Of a DNA stretch of 48,388 nt, positions 1 through 8,988 are shown piece by piece. The notes below the pieces were generated by a model. The model was not told the origin of the DNA and searched no databases. It saw only the letters and a list, made by a program, of their open reading frames with translations. Location of the stretch: assembly GCA_049423385.1 (NCBI GenBank), contig JBMSQQ010000014.1, forward strand, positions 1 to 48,388. Reading direction: 5' to 3'. The first letter of the stretch is position 1, and the number at the start of each line of letters is the position of its first letter. This DNA is from Silvanigrellaceae bacterium (GTDB lineage Bacteria > Bdellovibrionota_B > Oligoflexia > Silvanigrellales > Silvanigrellaceae). Made by a program: the position numbers and the translations under genes.

Positions 1-2
1 CC

Positions 3-28
3 AAAAAAAAGGCGGCCCGAAGGCCGCC
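3..28 (-). terminator. Rho-independent terminator of the 72..1652 gene
   Basis: Minus strand reads GGCGGCC-TTCG-GGCCGCC-TTTTTTTT: perfect 7-bp GC stem, C(UUCG)G tetraloop and U8 tail, about 45 nt after the stop codon. Confidence 0.92.
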
Positions 29-71
29 GTCTCCTGCGAGACTGATTCCGCCCGGATTCGGGCGAGGAGAA

Positions 72-1652
72 TCAGAACTTGTAGAAGAGTTTGAGGGTAG
101 CAACGTGGGCATCAAAGGCACTATCAACACTACGACCACGAGCAGCCATCACGTAGTCATAATCAAGCTGCACGGGCAGCTTCATTTTCAGACCGTCGAA
201 GCTGACACCAACTTGCGCAGAGCGACCCACGCTTCCGACAGTTTCCTCGTCACCCAATTTTGAGGTTGAGTCGTTGTTCCAGCTATAACGAGCATTAAGC
301 ATGAGGAAATCCACAGCCGGAATCCACGTACCTGGAGCCACCATCAGTTTGCTGTATCCCACTTGACGCGCACCCTTGCGCTCAAGATCCTTTTCCTCGC
401 CTTTGTCCGCTTCAGACGCCGTCCATGCCTTGCCTTTGGAGAGCATAATCTCAGTTTGGTTCTCCAACTGAAGTTGCACGCCGTTGATCGCTTCGTAGTC
501 TGCATTCAAGCGGATTGCACCATCCAGGGTTCCACGACCCACTGGAATTTCGTCTTTTTTAGTTGCTTCGCTGAAATTGCTCGAATTCAGGCGAATCCCT
601 GCCGCAACGGAAGTGTAGAACGGAACGCCATCAAACCAAGGTTCTTTCACAGTCGAAAGAGCATATTTCGCTCCCATCTCAACGTCGCCAAGTCCCTTTT
701 GAAATTTGGTTTCTTCAACAGACTTCTTGGCGTCATCGTAGGCTGCCGCAACTCTTGTGTCTGCAATTGCACCACGGAGTTTGTTGTCGATGAAATCTTT
801 GACATTGGCACCCGCAGGAATGGAAACTCCAGCAAGCAAAAGTGGAAGTCCCTGCGCTGCTGTATTGGTAGGATTTGCCGCAGCATATTGTGTGGCCAGA
901 GCTCCAAGGTCAATTGCTTGAGGCGCATTCTGATTTGCTGCATACAACGCACTCAATCCAGGAACCTGATTGAGCGCCACAAGCCCTTTGATTGAAGTTG
1001 CAGCTAGGTTCGTTGCCGCTCCGTAATTTGCTTCAAAACCAGGACGAATAACGGTTGAAGAGAACTTATCCTTGTCCGAGACACTTGCCTTTCCGTCCAA
1101 ACGATACGGAATGAGGAGCTGCGCTGAAATCTTTTCTGTAATTCCATATTCAAAAACTGCTGTCGTCACGTTTGCGGTGATCTTCAAACCAGTTTCGACC
1201 TTGTTTGCTGCGCCATCATAGCCTTTTGCCGAGCTTGCAGCAGCATAAACGGCGCGGAAACGGAGCACGTTCTCGGGAAGAACGGCCGATTCTGGAATGA
1301 TCAAGCTTTTGCGCGCGCCAGCGAGTTCAGACTTGTCTTCTGGCTGCGATGCCATCGCTTCTTTCGCAGCTTCTTTCACTTCGCTCGCAGGAGTCGCAGC
1401 TGGCTGTGCTGCTGGCTGAGATGCATTCGCTTGTTTTGTAGAGTCCTTGGCAGCGTCGGTCGCGGTTGCCTTCACTTCGGTAGCCTGGGTCTGTGCGCCC
1501 TTGGCAACATCAGCGGCCTTTGCTTTTGCATCTTCAACTGTAGCGTTCGCACCCTTTTTGGCTGCAGAGACGGCAGACTTGGCATCTGCACCGTAAGCAA
1601 CAGCGGCGTTTGCAAGAACCATGGTGGCAACAACTTGGAATACGGATCTCAT
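72..1652 (-). CDS. Putative outer-membrane beta-barrel protein with signal peptide and Ala/Lys/Thr-rich N-terminal region (transporter/SphA-like)
   Basis: Signal peptide (..ANAAVAYG-A). Alternating beta-strand patterns, a GLGDVEMGAKY motif and C-terminal ..LKLFYKF (terminal Phe). Strong RBS AAGGAGA and its own terminator. Confidence 0.7.
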   Translation of the reverse strand: MRSVFQVVATMVLANAAVAYGADAKSAVSAAKKGANATVEDAKAKAADVAKGAQTQATEVKATATDAAKDSTKQANASQPAAQPAATPASEVKEAAKEAMASQPEDKSELAGARKSLIIPESAVLPENVLRFRAVYAAASSAKGYDGAANKVETGLKITANVTTAVFEYGITEKISAQLLIPYRLDGKASVSDKDKFSSTVIRPGFEANYGAATNLAATSIKGLVALNQVPGLSALYAANQNAPQAIDLGALATQYAAANPTNTAAQGLPLLLAGVSIPAGANVKDFIDNKLRGAIADTRVAAAYDDAKKSVEETKFQKGLGDVEMGAKYALSTVKEPWFDGVPFYTSVAAGIRLNSSNFSEATKKDEIPVGRGTLDGAIRLNADYEAINGVQLQLENQTEIMLSKGKAWTASEADKGEEKDLERKGARQVGYSKLMVAPGTWIPAVDFLMLNARYSWNNDSTSKLGDEETVGSVGRSAQVGVSFDGLKMKLPVQLDYDYVMAARGRSVDSAFDAHVATLKLFYKF

Positions 1653-1696
1653 AGCGTCTCCTTAAGAAAAAATCCTTTTTTTCCGAAAGCCTATTA

Positions 1697-1731
1697 ACGC
1701 TATCATAGGACCTTGGGGTGTCAATTTGACA
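1697..1731 (-). promoter_or_regulatory. Candidate sigma70 promoter of the OMP gene, with an overlapping palindrome
   Basis: Minus strand TTGACA-N16-TAGCGT with TG at the extended -10 position. The -35 is half of the palindrome TGTCAA-T-TTGACA (1719-1731). Confidence 0.45.
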
Positions 1732-1902
1732 ACACACGGCAAAATGACACCTGAAATTCTTCGAATACCGCCATAATTTTAGCCATATTTTTGTCTGACT
1801 TGCCGATGTTTGGCGTGCCTATGAATGGTATTTTATGAGCAAGTCGTGCCTGAACCGAGGCCACTTCCAAAATTGCATCAAGTTGACCTTCCGGGGGACC
1901 GC

Positions 1903-3924
1903 ATGAGTCGTCATTCGCTCAGTCGCAAATCACAGTTCACGAGCCTCACACTGCTGATTGTTGCGGTCGCATGCAAAAAATCAAACACCCCGCCATCGGT
2001 TGCAGAATCGGAATCACAACAGGCAGCTTCGGCGAGCATCGTCGGATGCGATGTAATTATCCTTGGCGGTACCACTGCTGCCTACGCTGCGGCCATCACT
2101 GCCGCCGACAACATGAAAGCGGGTGAAGTCGTTTGTCTCACCGAGCCAACCGACTGGCTCGGAGGGCAGCTGACGAGCAGTGGAGTCCCGGCAGTCGATT
2201 TTGCTCATCATGAATCCGAGGTTCCAGGATTTGGCAAAGTGAAGTTGTCCGACGCCAGTCGAGACACCGCATCGATGCCAAAGTTCTTTGCTCAATGGAT
2301 GACCAACCTTGGTCCTGTCAGTGGACGCCGGGTTTCGTTTGCTTCGCCACCCGTTTGCTGGGTGTCGGTGCGTTGCTTTCCGCCCACAAAACTTCTTCCG
2401 AACATCAACTCCCTCGCGGCCACGTATGAATCTTCAGGACGTCTACGGGTTTTCAAAAATACAGTGGTGAAGGCCATCAAAACTTCGGGCAAGCGAATCG
2501 TTTCGGTGACGGTCATTCAGCACATCAGCAAGGGTTCAGACCCCGTGCGCCTGTCTGAACAGATCCGGGATTGGTACAGTCCAAATTCCTCTGCCGCATT
2601 CGACAAGAAAACATTCCGGCTGGCTGCTCCTTCCAAATCCTCGAATTCGGGTTCCAACTATTTTCCTGTTGTGATTGATGCCACCGAATGGGGAGAAGGG
2701 CTTGTCCTCAGCGGTGCCAACTATCTTCAGGGAATCGAGCGCAACGACAGCGCTCCTGTTGGACAAGGCTCGCAAGAAACCTGCGGACAAGCGATTGTTT
2801 ATCCGATGACGCTGCGCATCAACGAAACTCCCCAACCGGATTCTGCTTTGGCGCGTGGCCGTTGGACCTCGGAAATTCAACCGCAGATTGCTGCATACAA
2901 AGAGAGCCTCGTGAACCGAGGATTGCTCGCTCCGGGAAGCTCGCTTTACAGCATTGCCACGGCAAAGCCTTTCACCTTCGACGACGTGTGGTCGTATCGC
3001 CGGATTGTTCTGGGACCCGTTACTCGCACAAAAGAAAAAGTCTCCGGATTTTTCCCGACGGCACAGATTGGCGACATTTCAAACCAGAACTGGGAACTCG
3101 GCAACGACTATCCCTACCGTTATCTGTTTCTCCCCATCAAGGACGCCAAGTCCCAGGCCGCCTCGGGCGACTGGACAGGCGGAATCGACGTTCAAGCTCT
3201 GGCAGAGGCTGAACTGCAAGCCTGGGGCTGGGTCGACCACCTCAGAAAAAACGCAACCGTTTATTGGAATGGCGAAAAGCGCGACATCGGCCCGCACGTG
3301 GTTTTGTCTGAGGCATTGGGAACTCCGTATGGTCTGAGCAAAGTCCCATACATTCGAGACACGCGCCGCAGTATTGGTTTTGGCGGAGACGGAAACCCTT
3401 TCGTATTGAAGTACGGTGAAATTCACTCGGGTACGCGCTTTGAAGACAGCATTGCCATTGGTGCTTATGCATCGGATCGCCATCCCAGCCGCAATCCGAA
3501 CGTTGATGGACAAAGATGTGCCTCGAGCGTGAATCCACCCGGATACAATCCCTATCCGCAACCATTCACATTGCCGCTGCGTTCACACACAAACGAAAGC
3601 ATTGAAAATCTTCTTGTCGCTGGCAAGACAATCGCGCAAACATTTCACACAAACTCGGCAACCCGATTGCACCCGATCGAGTTCTCGTCCGGAACCGGCG
3701 CGGGCGCAATGGCGAGCTTCATGGCTCAAGCACAAATCAGCGCACACTTTATTGTGAAGAGTCCGAAGCACATTGCACTGGTTCAGGAAAGAACGAGGAA
3801 GTATCAACCGATCGAGTGGAGTGCAGACGTCTTGATGGCTGCATCCAACCTTCCAAAACCGACACCAACGCCGTCACCGAAGACAGACAAGACGACAACC
3901 GACGACCCATCCACGCAAAAGTGA
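1903..3924 (+). CDS. FAD-dependent oxidoreductase (FAD_oxidored-type), predicted lipoprotein
   Basis: DVIILGGTTAAYAAA dinucleotide-binding start, TEPTDWLGGQLTSSGV, IDATEWG, PYIRDTRR, ENLLVAGK and ATRLHP motifs. Lipobox LIVAVA-C. Start taken at ATG 1903 after GGGGGA; the ORF is open from 1825. Confidence 0.75.
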   Translation: MSRHSLSRKSQFTSLTLLIVAVACKKSNTPPSVAESESQQAASASIVGCDVIILGGTTAAYAAAITAADNMKAGEVVCLTEPTDWLGGQLTSSGVPAVDFAHHESEVPGFGKVKLSDASRDTASMPKFFAQWMTNLGPVSGRRVSFASPPVCWVSVRCFPPTKLLPNINSLAATYESSGRLRVFKNTVVKAIKTSGKRIVSVTVIQHISKGSDPVRLSEQIRDWYSPNSSAAFDKKTFRLAAPSKSSNSGSNYFPVVIDATEWGEGLVLSGANYLQGIERNDSAPVGQGSQETCGQAIVYPMTLRINETPQPDSALARGRWTSEIQPQIAAYKESLVNRGLLAPGSSLYSIATAKPFTFDDVWSYRRIVLGPVTRTKEKVSGFFPTAQIGDISNQNWELGNDYPYRYLFLPIKDAKSQAASGDWTGGIDVQALAEAELQAWGWVDHLRKNATVYWNGEKRDIGPHVVLSEALGTPYGLSKVPYIRDTRRSIGFGGDGNPFVLKYGEIHSGTRFEDSIAIGAYASDRHPSRNPNVDGQRCASSVNPPGYNPYPQPFTLPLRSHTNESIENLLVAGKTIAQTFHTNSATRLHPIEFSSGTGAGAMASFMAQAQISAHFIVKSPKHIALVQERTRKYQPIEWSADVLMAASNLPKPTPTPSPKTDKTTTDDPSTQK

Positions 3925-3928
3925 CTTC

Positions 3929-4576
3929 TCACGGAGAGCCGCCATCGGCGCCGTGAGCCAACTGAACTCCCAAACGCAGTTTGTATGACTTGGGCTTGGG
4001 CGCTCTCAGTCGGCCGAAGTCTGCAATTTGCAGGCTGTTGATTTTGTCGCGCAAGCAGGTTGCCGCGACAGCTTCGGTCTCATGCCCGCCCAAAAGCCCG
4101 GATACCTCGAATCCCGGTTTGCTGACGTCAATTTTAACATCGAAGCTGAAAGTCATGTTCCCGTGAGGATTGTTGGACTGCAATTGGGCCCGGCAATTCT
4201 GCAGATGAGGAGCAAGAGCCTCTGATGCCCGTGAAATCAAATCGAGACCGCCCCAGCCAAACATATCTTTCATTTTACTGTCTGAAAGGTCTTCAACATC
4301 CTTCAGAAACGAGACAAATCCGAGTCCATCCGGATTTTCCAAAGAGGCAGCTTTGAACTTCAACTCGGGATTGGCAAATGGGCCCACAAGAAAGGGTAAA
4401 AATCCGGATGCCGCCACACAGACTGTCGACAAGGCCAACAACCGATCTGACGTATCTGACGTGAAACGCATATAGCGCTTCGTGCTGGCCCTAAATTCCA
4501 GAGGCAGGTGTTGAAAATCATCTTCGTCCTGGCGAGTGGAACGCTCGACGGCGAAAACCTTGCTCTCCAACTCCAT
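3929..4576 (-). CDS. Hypothetical single-TM protein with an AgmX/PglI (TonB-C-like) C-terminal domain
   Basis: One hydrophobic segment, then LAPHLQNC..NPHG.MTFSFDV...ATCLRDKINSLQ with the Cys pair typical of AgmX/PglI-like domains. RBS GGAG. Confidence 0.5.
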   Translation of the reverse strand: MELESKVFAVERSTRQDEDDFQHLPLEFRASTKRYMRFTSDTSDRLLALSTVCVAASGFLPFLVGPFANPELKFKAASLENPDGLGFVSFLKDVEDLSDSKMKDMFGWGGLDLISRASEALAPHLQNCRAQLQSNNPHGNMTFSFDVKIDVSKPGFEVSGLLGGHETEAVAATCLRDKINSLQIADFGRLRAPKPKSYKLRLGVQLAHGADGGSP

Positions 4577-4633
4577 CTTTCACATCTCCTCGCTGACGAT
4601 CACATTCACAGCGAGGAGATGCCACCCACTCTG

Positions 4634-7600
4634 TCAGTTGATCGGATCCTCGCTGTTGAAGGTATCGTCGATTTTGAACTTTGGAATAGGGAAATCATGA
4701 TGCAAATTGTCCTTGCCAGGTGTCGGCGTTGCAGCCGGAACTGCATTTTTTGCCATGTCTCCAGGAGGTGGTGGCAGCGAATTCCCCATTGGTCCCGCAA
4801 GGTCATCCTTTTTCTCTCCAGGCGCCACTGCATCGGAGGTTGGGGGTTGCAACAACTGTTCTTTTGTCTCGTGGTTTTTCACCCGAACACTCAGTGGAGA
4901 AACACGCCGCGTCGGGACAAACAATCCATCACTGTATCGACCTGCAAGTGCCACTCGCAACAAGGAATTCCGGCTCGTTGCATAGTCATCAATCAGAGCA
5001 TTCAGGTCTGCACGGGAATTGTCGGAATCATCACTGTCACTGTCCGAGTTGGCAATCGATGCACCGTAAACGGGTACGGTGATTCTTTGCACGTCTGAAC
5101 CAAATTCAAATGGAATCTCGCTGAATTTCTTTTCAACCATCGGTTTCCAATTCAGCTTTTCCGAAAATTTCTGCTCACGGATCAGAGTCTGGGCGATCTC
5201 AATCCAGGCCGGCAAGGCACCCGTACCACCCGCAACCTTGAATCCGCGCCTGCGCATCGGCTCGTTTGTGTCGTAACCAACATATGCAGCGATGGTATAC
5301 GCACTCTTGGCCGACAAGGAACTTGAACCTGAATCCTCGGGATAGGGAAGAAATCCAACATAAGTGGCATTGACGTAGTCGTTTGTCGTACCCGTCTTTC
5401 CAAACGTGGGAATTCTCAAGCCTGCTTTTTCGAGCACAGCATCATCAACAGTATTTTTGGAGCGCAGGACAACCGTTCGATTGGCCGCACGTGCCGTGCC
5501 ATTCGTGACTGTCCCGCGCAAAACACTCATCATTTGGCTTGTGAAGAATTCATCAACAAGCTGGTGTTCTTGCTGGTCCGCTTCCCAGAGAAGATTTCCC
5601 TGCTCATCCTCAATACGCTTTATCAACAAAAGCTGGTTTTCCTGCTCAGTGTTGAAATATCGATAAGTCTTTCCTTCAAGAATCGACTGATAAGAAAGTG
5701 CCAACTCGGCAAGGCTGACAACATTCGCACCCAGCGGAAACGAAGGGACCCACTGCACATCACTTTCAATTCCCATTTGTCGGGTCATGAATTGGGCATA
5801 AATCATGCCAAGAGAGTAACGAAAATCGTCATGCCAAAACAATTTCTCCATGGGCCCTGAATCAGCAATGGACTTGTACTTGACCTCAACCTGCTCCTTG
5901 AGTTCAGCGATGAGACTCATGGGAACCAAACCGTCCAGGAGAACATTCTCCTCAGAGAACAGGGAAATGTTTGATTCCGCCAAACTCACAACTTCCTCGG
6001 CCTTGAGTACTCGGGGTTTTGGAGTTTCCAAAAGCGGCGTCACAACGCCCAAATCAAAAGGATCTGACGACTGAAATACAATACTTCTATCGACAGCATA
6101 AAATGGAGCAAGTGCAACAAGATCTTCCTTTGTCAGCAGCGCTTTGTTCTGTGCCAGAGACTTGACCTTCTCGATGGCCGCGCGCGCCTGGTCGCGCATC
6201 GCATCCCAGCGAAGAAAATTGTTTTTAAGAATTTGAAGCCGAATCAACTTTTCCTTCTCGGGCATCGATTTGGGCTTTGCAGCAGCAACACGGGCTGTTT
6301 CCGCCTCAAACCCGGTACCGAAATTCATGGACCTCAAAATGGTTCGAAGCATTTTGTCCTGGGCCAGGGTAACATCTTCGAGCAGCTCGTTCTTCACGCC
6401 ACCAAACAAACCTGCCCTGAGATTCGGTTCCACCAATCTTGCGTTGTATTTTGCCGCAAGTCTGTTTGCCACGTCCGATTCATTTTCTCCGGACTTTGCC
6501 ATCTCGAGCGTGACGAGCAAATCCTTGAATTGCGAAAACGTGAGACGATCCAACAAATGCGCCAGCAGCCAAACGCTTGCGAGGTTTTCCGATTTGGCAC
6601 CTGCGCCGGCAAAAGTGGTTTCCAGCGTTTCAGGTGAGTGGTCTGGTCTGGGATAATAGAATTGCCCTTGCCATGTATACACGTTTCGGGTGTTGAGAAG
6701 AGGCTCAAGAATGTGCCAGCCCAACTGTAGTGCAGGATAATAGGTCAGTGTCTTGAATGTCGAACCCGGTTGCCGCTTTGCGAAAACCGCTCGATTGTAT
6801 TCGTGAGGCGCATAGCCGCCCACCATGGCAACCACCTGCCCCTTGTCCAACACAATCGCAGCACCCTGGATACGTGGTTGGCGCTCCAGGTCGCAGACAA
6901 GTCGACCATCGGGACGTTGTTCGCGCACGCTGACCAAAACAAAGTCACCAACATTCAACTGCGACAAAAGTGCTGCCTTCGACTTGTCCAACCCCCGATA
7001 AAGCGCCTGATCGGTGATTTTGGCAACGCGCTCAATGGCATCCGAAGGAACAAAACATTCCGGCACGCCGAGACTCACGGTTGCCGACTCCTTGGTCTTC
7101 TCCTTGGAAATCTGCAACAGTTTGCCAACGTAAAAGCTGTGCACATCCGGACGCTGAATCGAAACGAATTGGGCCGCGTTGGACTTTTCAAATCCAGTCA
7201 GAATCATTTCAAGACGGCTCAGGTTTTGCCGCACACCATACAAAGCCCCCTGCTGAACAGCTTGATCCAGAGTCGTTGTGATGCGCAGCCCCATGGAACC
7301 AACTTCTTCTGCGTTCTCCGCTCCCAATGCAGTCAGGACTTCTTTTCTGGCAAGTTGGCGCTGAACAAGTTCTGTGATGAAAAGTTCATTGAACTGAAAC
7401 TTGCCTTGCTTGAACGGCACCTCTTCCTTCGATGCCTCCTCGAATTCCTTTGCAGTGATGAACTTGTTGTCCAGCATGCGCTTCAAGACATAATTCTTGC
7501 GAATTTTTGCGTCCAGCTTTGCCTTGGTTTGAGCTGCTGCGGCACGCTTGGTGAATGGATTGTAGCGCTCAGGACCCTTGACGCTTCCGGCAATGAAGGC

Positions 7601-8200
7601 AGCTTCCGTCAGGGTCAACTCTTGCGCATCCTTGTCGAAATAATATTTCGCCGCAACACCAACGCCACGTCCATTGCCCGTGACGTGAAATTGATTCAGG
7701 TAAAATTCGAGAATTTCGTCTTTGCTGAATCGACGTTCCATCTTGAATGCATTGATGGCCTCTTCGAATTTTGCCCGCAAGTTGGTGACGGGACGGCCGT
7801 AGAGATTCTTCACCGTCTGCTGCGTGATTGTCGAAGCACCTTCGCGCTTGCCCATGACAATGTTTCGAAAAGCAGCACGGGCAGTGCTTAAAACATTGAT
7901 GCCTCTGTGTTTGTAGAATTCGTCATCCTCGGCAGCAACAACACCCTGTTGAAGCAACTTCGGAATCTCCTTGAGCCGCATGTATTGGCGATGCTCAGAG
8001 CCGAAAAGACTTCCCAATTGTGTTGTTCCGTCGCTGTAGTACAGCATTGTTTCCTTGGAGAGAATTTCAAGGATTCGCTCTTTCTTGAGGTGGTCGTAGT
8101 TGCCGCCAACGACCTCGAAAAATGCAAAACCACCCAAGGCAATGGGCGGCGCGACCAACAAACTGCCAGCTGCAACGAGCCCGACAACCATTTTATTCAT
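4634..8200 (-). CDS. mrcA: Class A penicillin-binding protein (PBP1A-type transglycosylase/transpeptidase) with large insertions
   Basis: GT51 motifs EDDEFYKHRG and GASTITQQ. Transpeptidase motifs STFK, SEN and KTG. N-terminal membrane anchor. Confidence 0.88.
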   Translation of the reverse strand: MNKMVVGLVAAGSLLVAPPIALGGFAFFEVVGGNYDHLKKERILEILSKETMLYYSDGTTQLGSLFGSEHRQYMRLKEIPKLLQQGVVAAEDDEFYKHRGINVLSTARAAFRNIVMGKREGASTITQQTVKNLYGRPVTNLRAKFEEAINAFKMERRFSKDEILEFYLNQFHVTGNGRGVGVAAKYYFDKDAQELTLTEAAFIAGSVKGPERYNPFTKRAAAAQTKAKLDAKIRKNYVLKRMLDNKFITAKEFEEASKEEVPFKQGKFQFNELFITELVQRQLARKEVLTALGAENAEEVGSMGLRITTTLDQAVQQGALYGVRQNLSRLEMILTGFEKSNAAQFVSIQRPDVHSFYVGKLLQISKEKTKESATVSLGVPECFVPSDAIERVAKITDQALYRGLDKSKAALLSQLNVGDFVLVSVREQRPDGRLVCDLERQPRIQGAAIVLDKGQVVAMVGGYAPHEYNRAVFAKRQPGSTFKTLTYYPALQLGWHILEPLLNTRNVYTWQGQFYYPRPDHSPETLETTFAGAGAKSENLASVWLLAHLLDRLTFSQFKDLLVTLEMAKSGENESDVANRLAAKYNARLVEPNLRAGLFGGVKNELLEDVTLAQDKMLRTILRSMNFGTGFEAETARVAAAKPKSMPEKEKLIRLQILKNNFLRWDAMRDQARAAIEKVKSLAQNKALLTKEDLVALAPFYAVDRSIVFQSSDPFDLGVVTPLLETPKPRVLKAEEVVSLAESNISLFSEENVLLDGLVPMSLIAELKEQVEVKYKSIADSGPMEKLFWHDDFRYSLGMIYAQFMTRQMGIESDVQWVPSFPLGANVVSLAELALSYQSILEGKTYRYFNTEQENQLLLIKRIEDEQGNLLWEADQQEHQLVDEFFTSQMMSVLRGTVTNGTARAANRTVVLRSKNTVDDAVLEKAGLRIPTFGKTGTTNDYVNATYVGFLPYPEDSGSSSLSAKSAYTIAAYVGYDTNEPMRRRGFKVAGGTGALPAWIEIAQTLIREQKFSEKLNWKPMVEKKFSEIPFEFGSDVQRITVPVYGASIANSDSDSDDSDNSRADLNALIDDYATSRNSLLRVALAGRYSDGLFVPTRRVSPLSVRVKNHETKEQLLQPPTSDAVAPGEKKDDLAGPMGNSLPPPPGDMAKNAVPAATPTPGKDNLHHDFPIPKFKIDDTFNSEDPIN

Positions 8201-8988
8201 GGAACTTTCAACTCCAGGGAAATCGGACAGTGATCAGAGCCTTTGACCTCGGCATGGATGCCTGCTGCCAAGACGTTCTTCACAAGGCCCGGCGTAATAA
8301 AATGATAATCCAGACGCCATCCAATGTTTCTTTCCCGAATGCCAGGGCGTTGACTCCACCAGGTGTAGTGACCACCCCCCGCTTGAAACATGCGGAATGT
8401 GTCGACGTAACCATGTCCGATGAACTCGCTCATCCAGGATCGCTCTTCGGGCAGATATCCAGCGTTTTTTTCATTTTGTTTGGGATTCGCCAAATCAAGC
8501 GGAGTGTGGGCAATGTTGAAATCTCCGCCCACCACGACTTCAAATCCCTGCTTGCGCTTCGCTTCGAGAAATTCAAAGAATTTCCTGCAAAAATCGATTT
8601 TGTAGGGAAGCCTCAACGTGTCTCGCTGGGAATTCGGAAAATAGGCCGATGCGATGAACAGATTTCCAAGCTCAATTCCCAAAAACCGACCTTCAGAGTC
8701 GAATTCGTTCGCTCCCAAACCATATACAACGGACTGTCGCTCCACAGGCAAGCGAGAGTAAATGGCCACGCCGCTGTAGCCTTTCTTTTCTGCCGGCATC
8801 CAGAAGGAATTGTAGTCGAGGGGCGAAATCCACTCACCTTGCAGATCTTCCTTTGCACAACGCACTTCTTGCAGGAGAAGAACATCTGGCCTGGTTTCCT
8901 CGAGCCAGTTCATGAAGCCGTTCTTCACTGCCGCACGGATTCCATTCAAGTTCCAGGAAAAAATTCTCACCTTTTTTGTCACAATCAT
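8197..8988 (-). CDS. xth: Exodeoxyribonuclease III / AP endonuclease
   Basis: SWNLNGIRA, LLQEV, GYSGVA, GDFNIAH, YTWWS, GWRLDY and GSDHCP motifs. Confidence 0.96.
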   Translation of the reverse strand: MIVTKKVRIFSWNLNGIRAAVKNGFMNWLEETRPDVLLLQEVRCAKEDLQGEWISPLDYNSFWMPAEKKGYSGVAIYSRLPVERQSVVYGLGANEFDSEGRFLGIELGNLFIASAYFPNSQRDTLRLPYKIDFCRKFFEFLEAKRKQGFEVVVGGDFNIAHTPLDLANPKQNEKNAGYLPEERSWMSEFIGHGYVDTFRMFQAGGGHYTWWSQRPGIRERNIGWRLDYHFITPGLVKNVLAAGIHAEVKGSDHCPISLELKVP

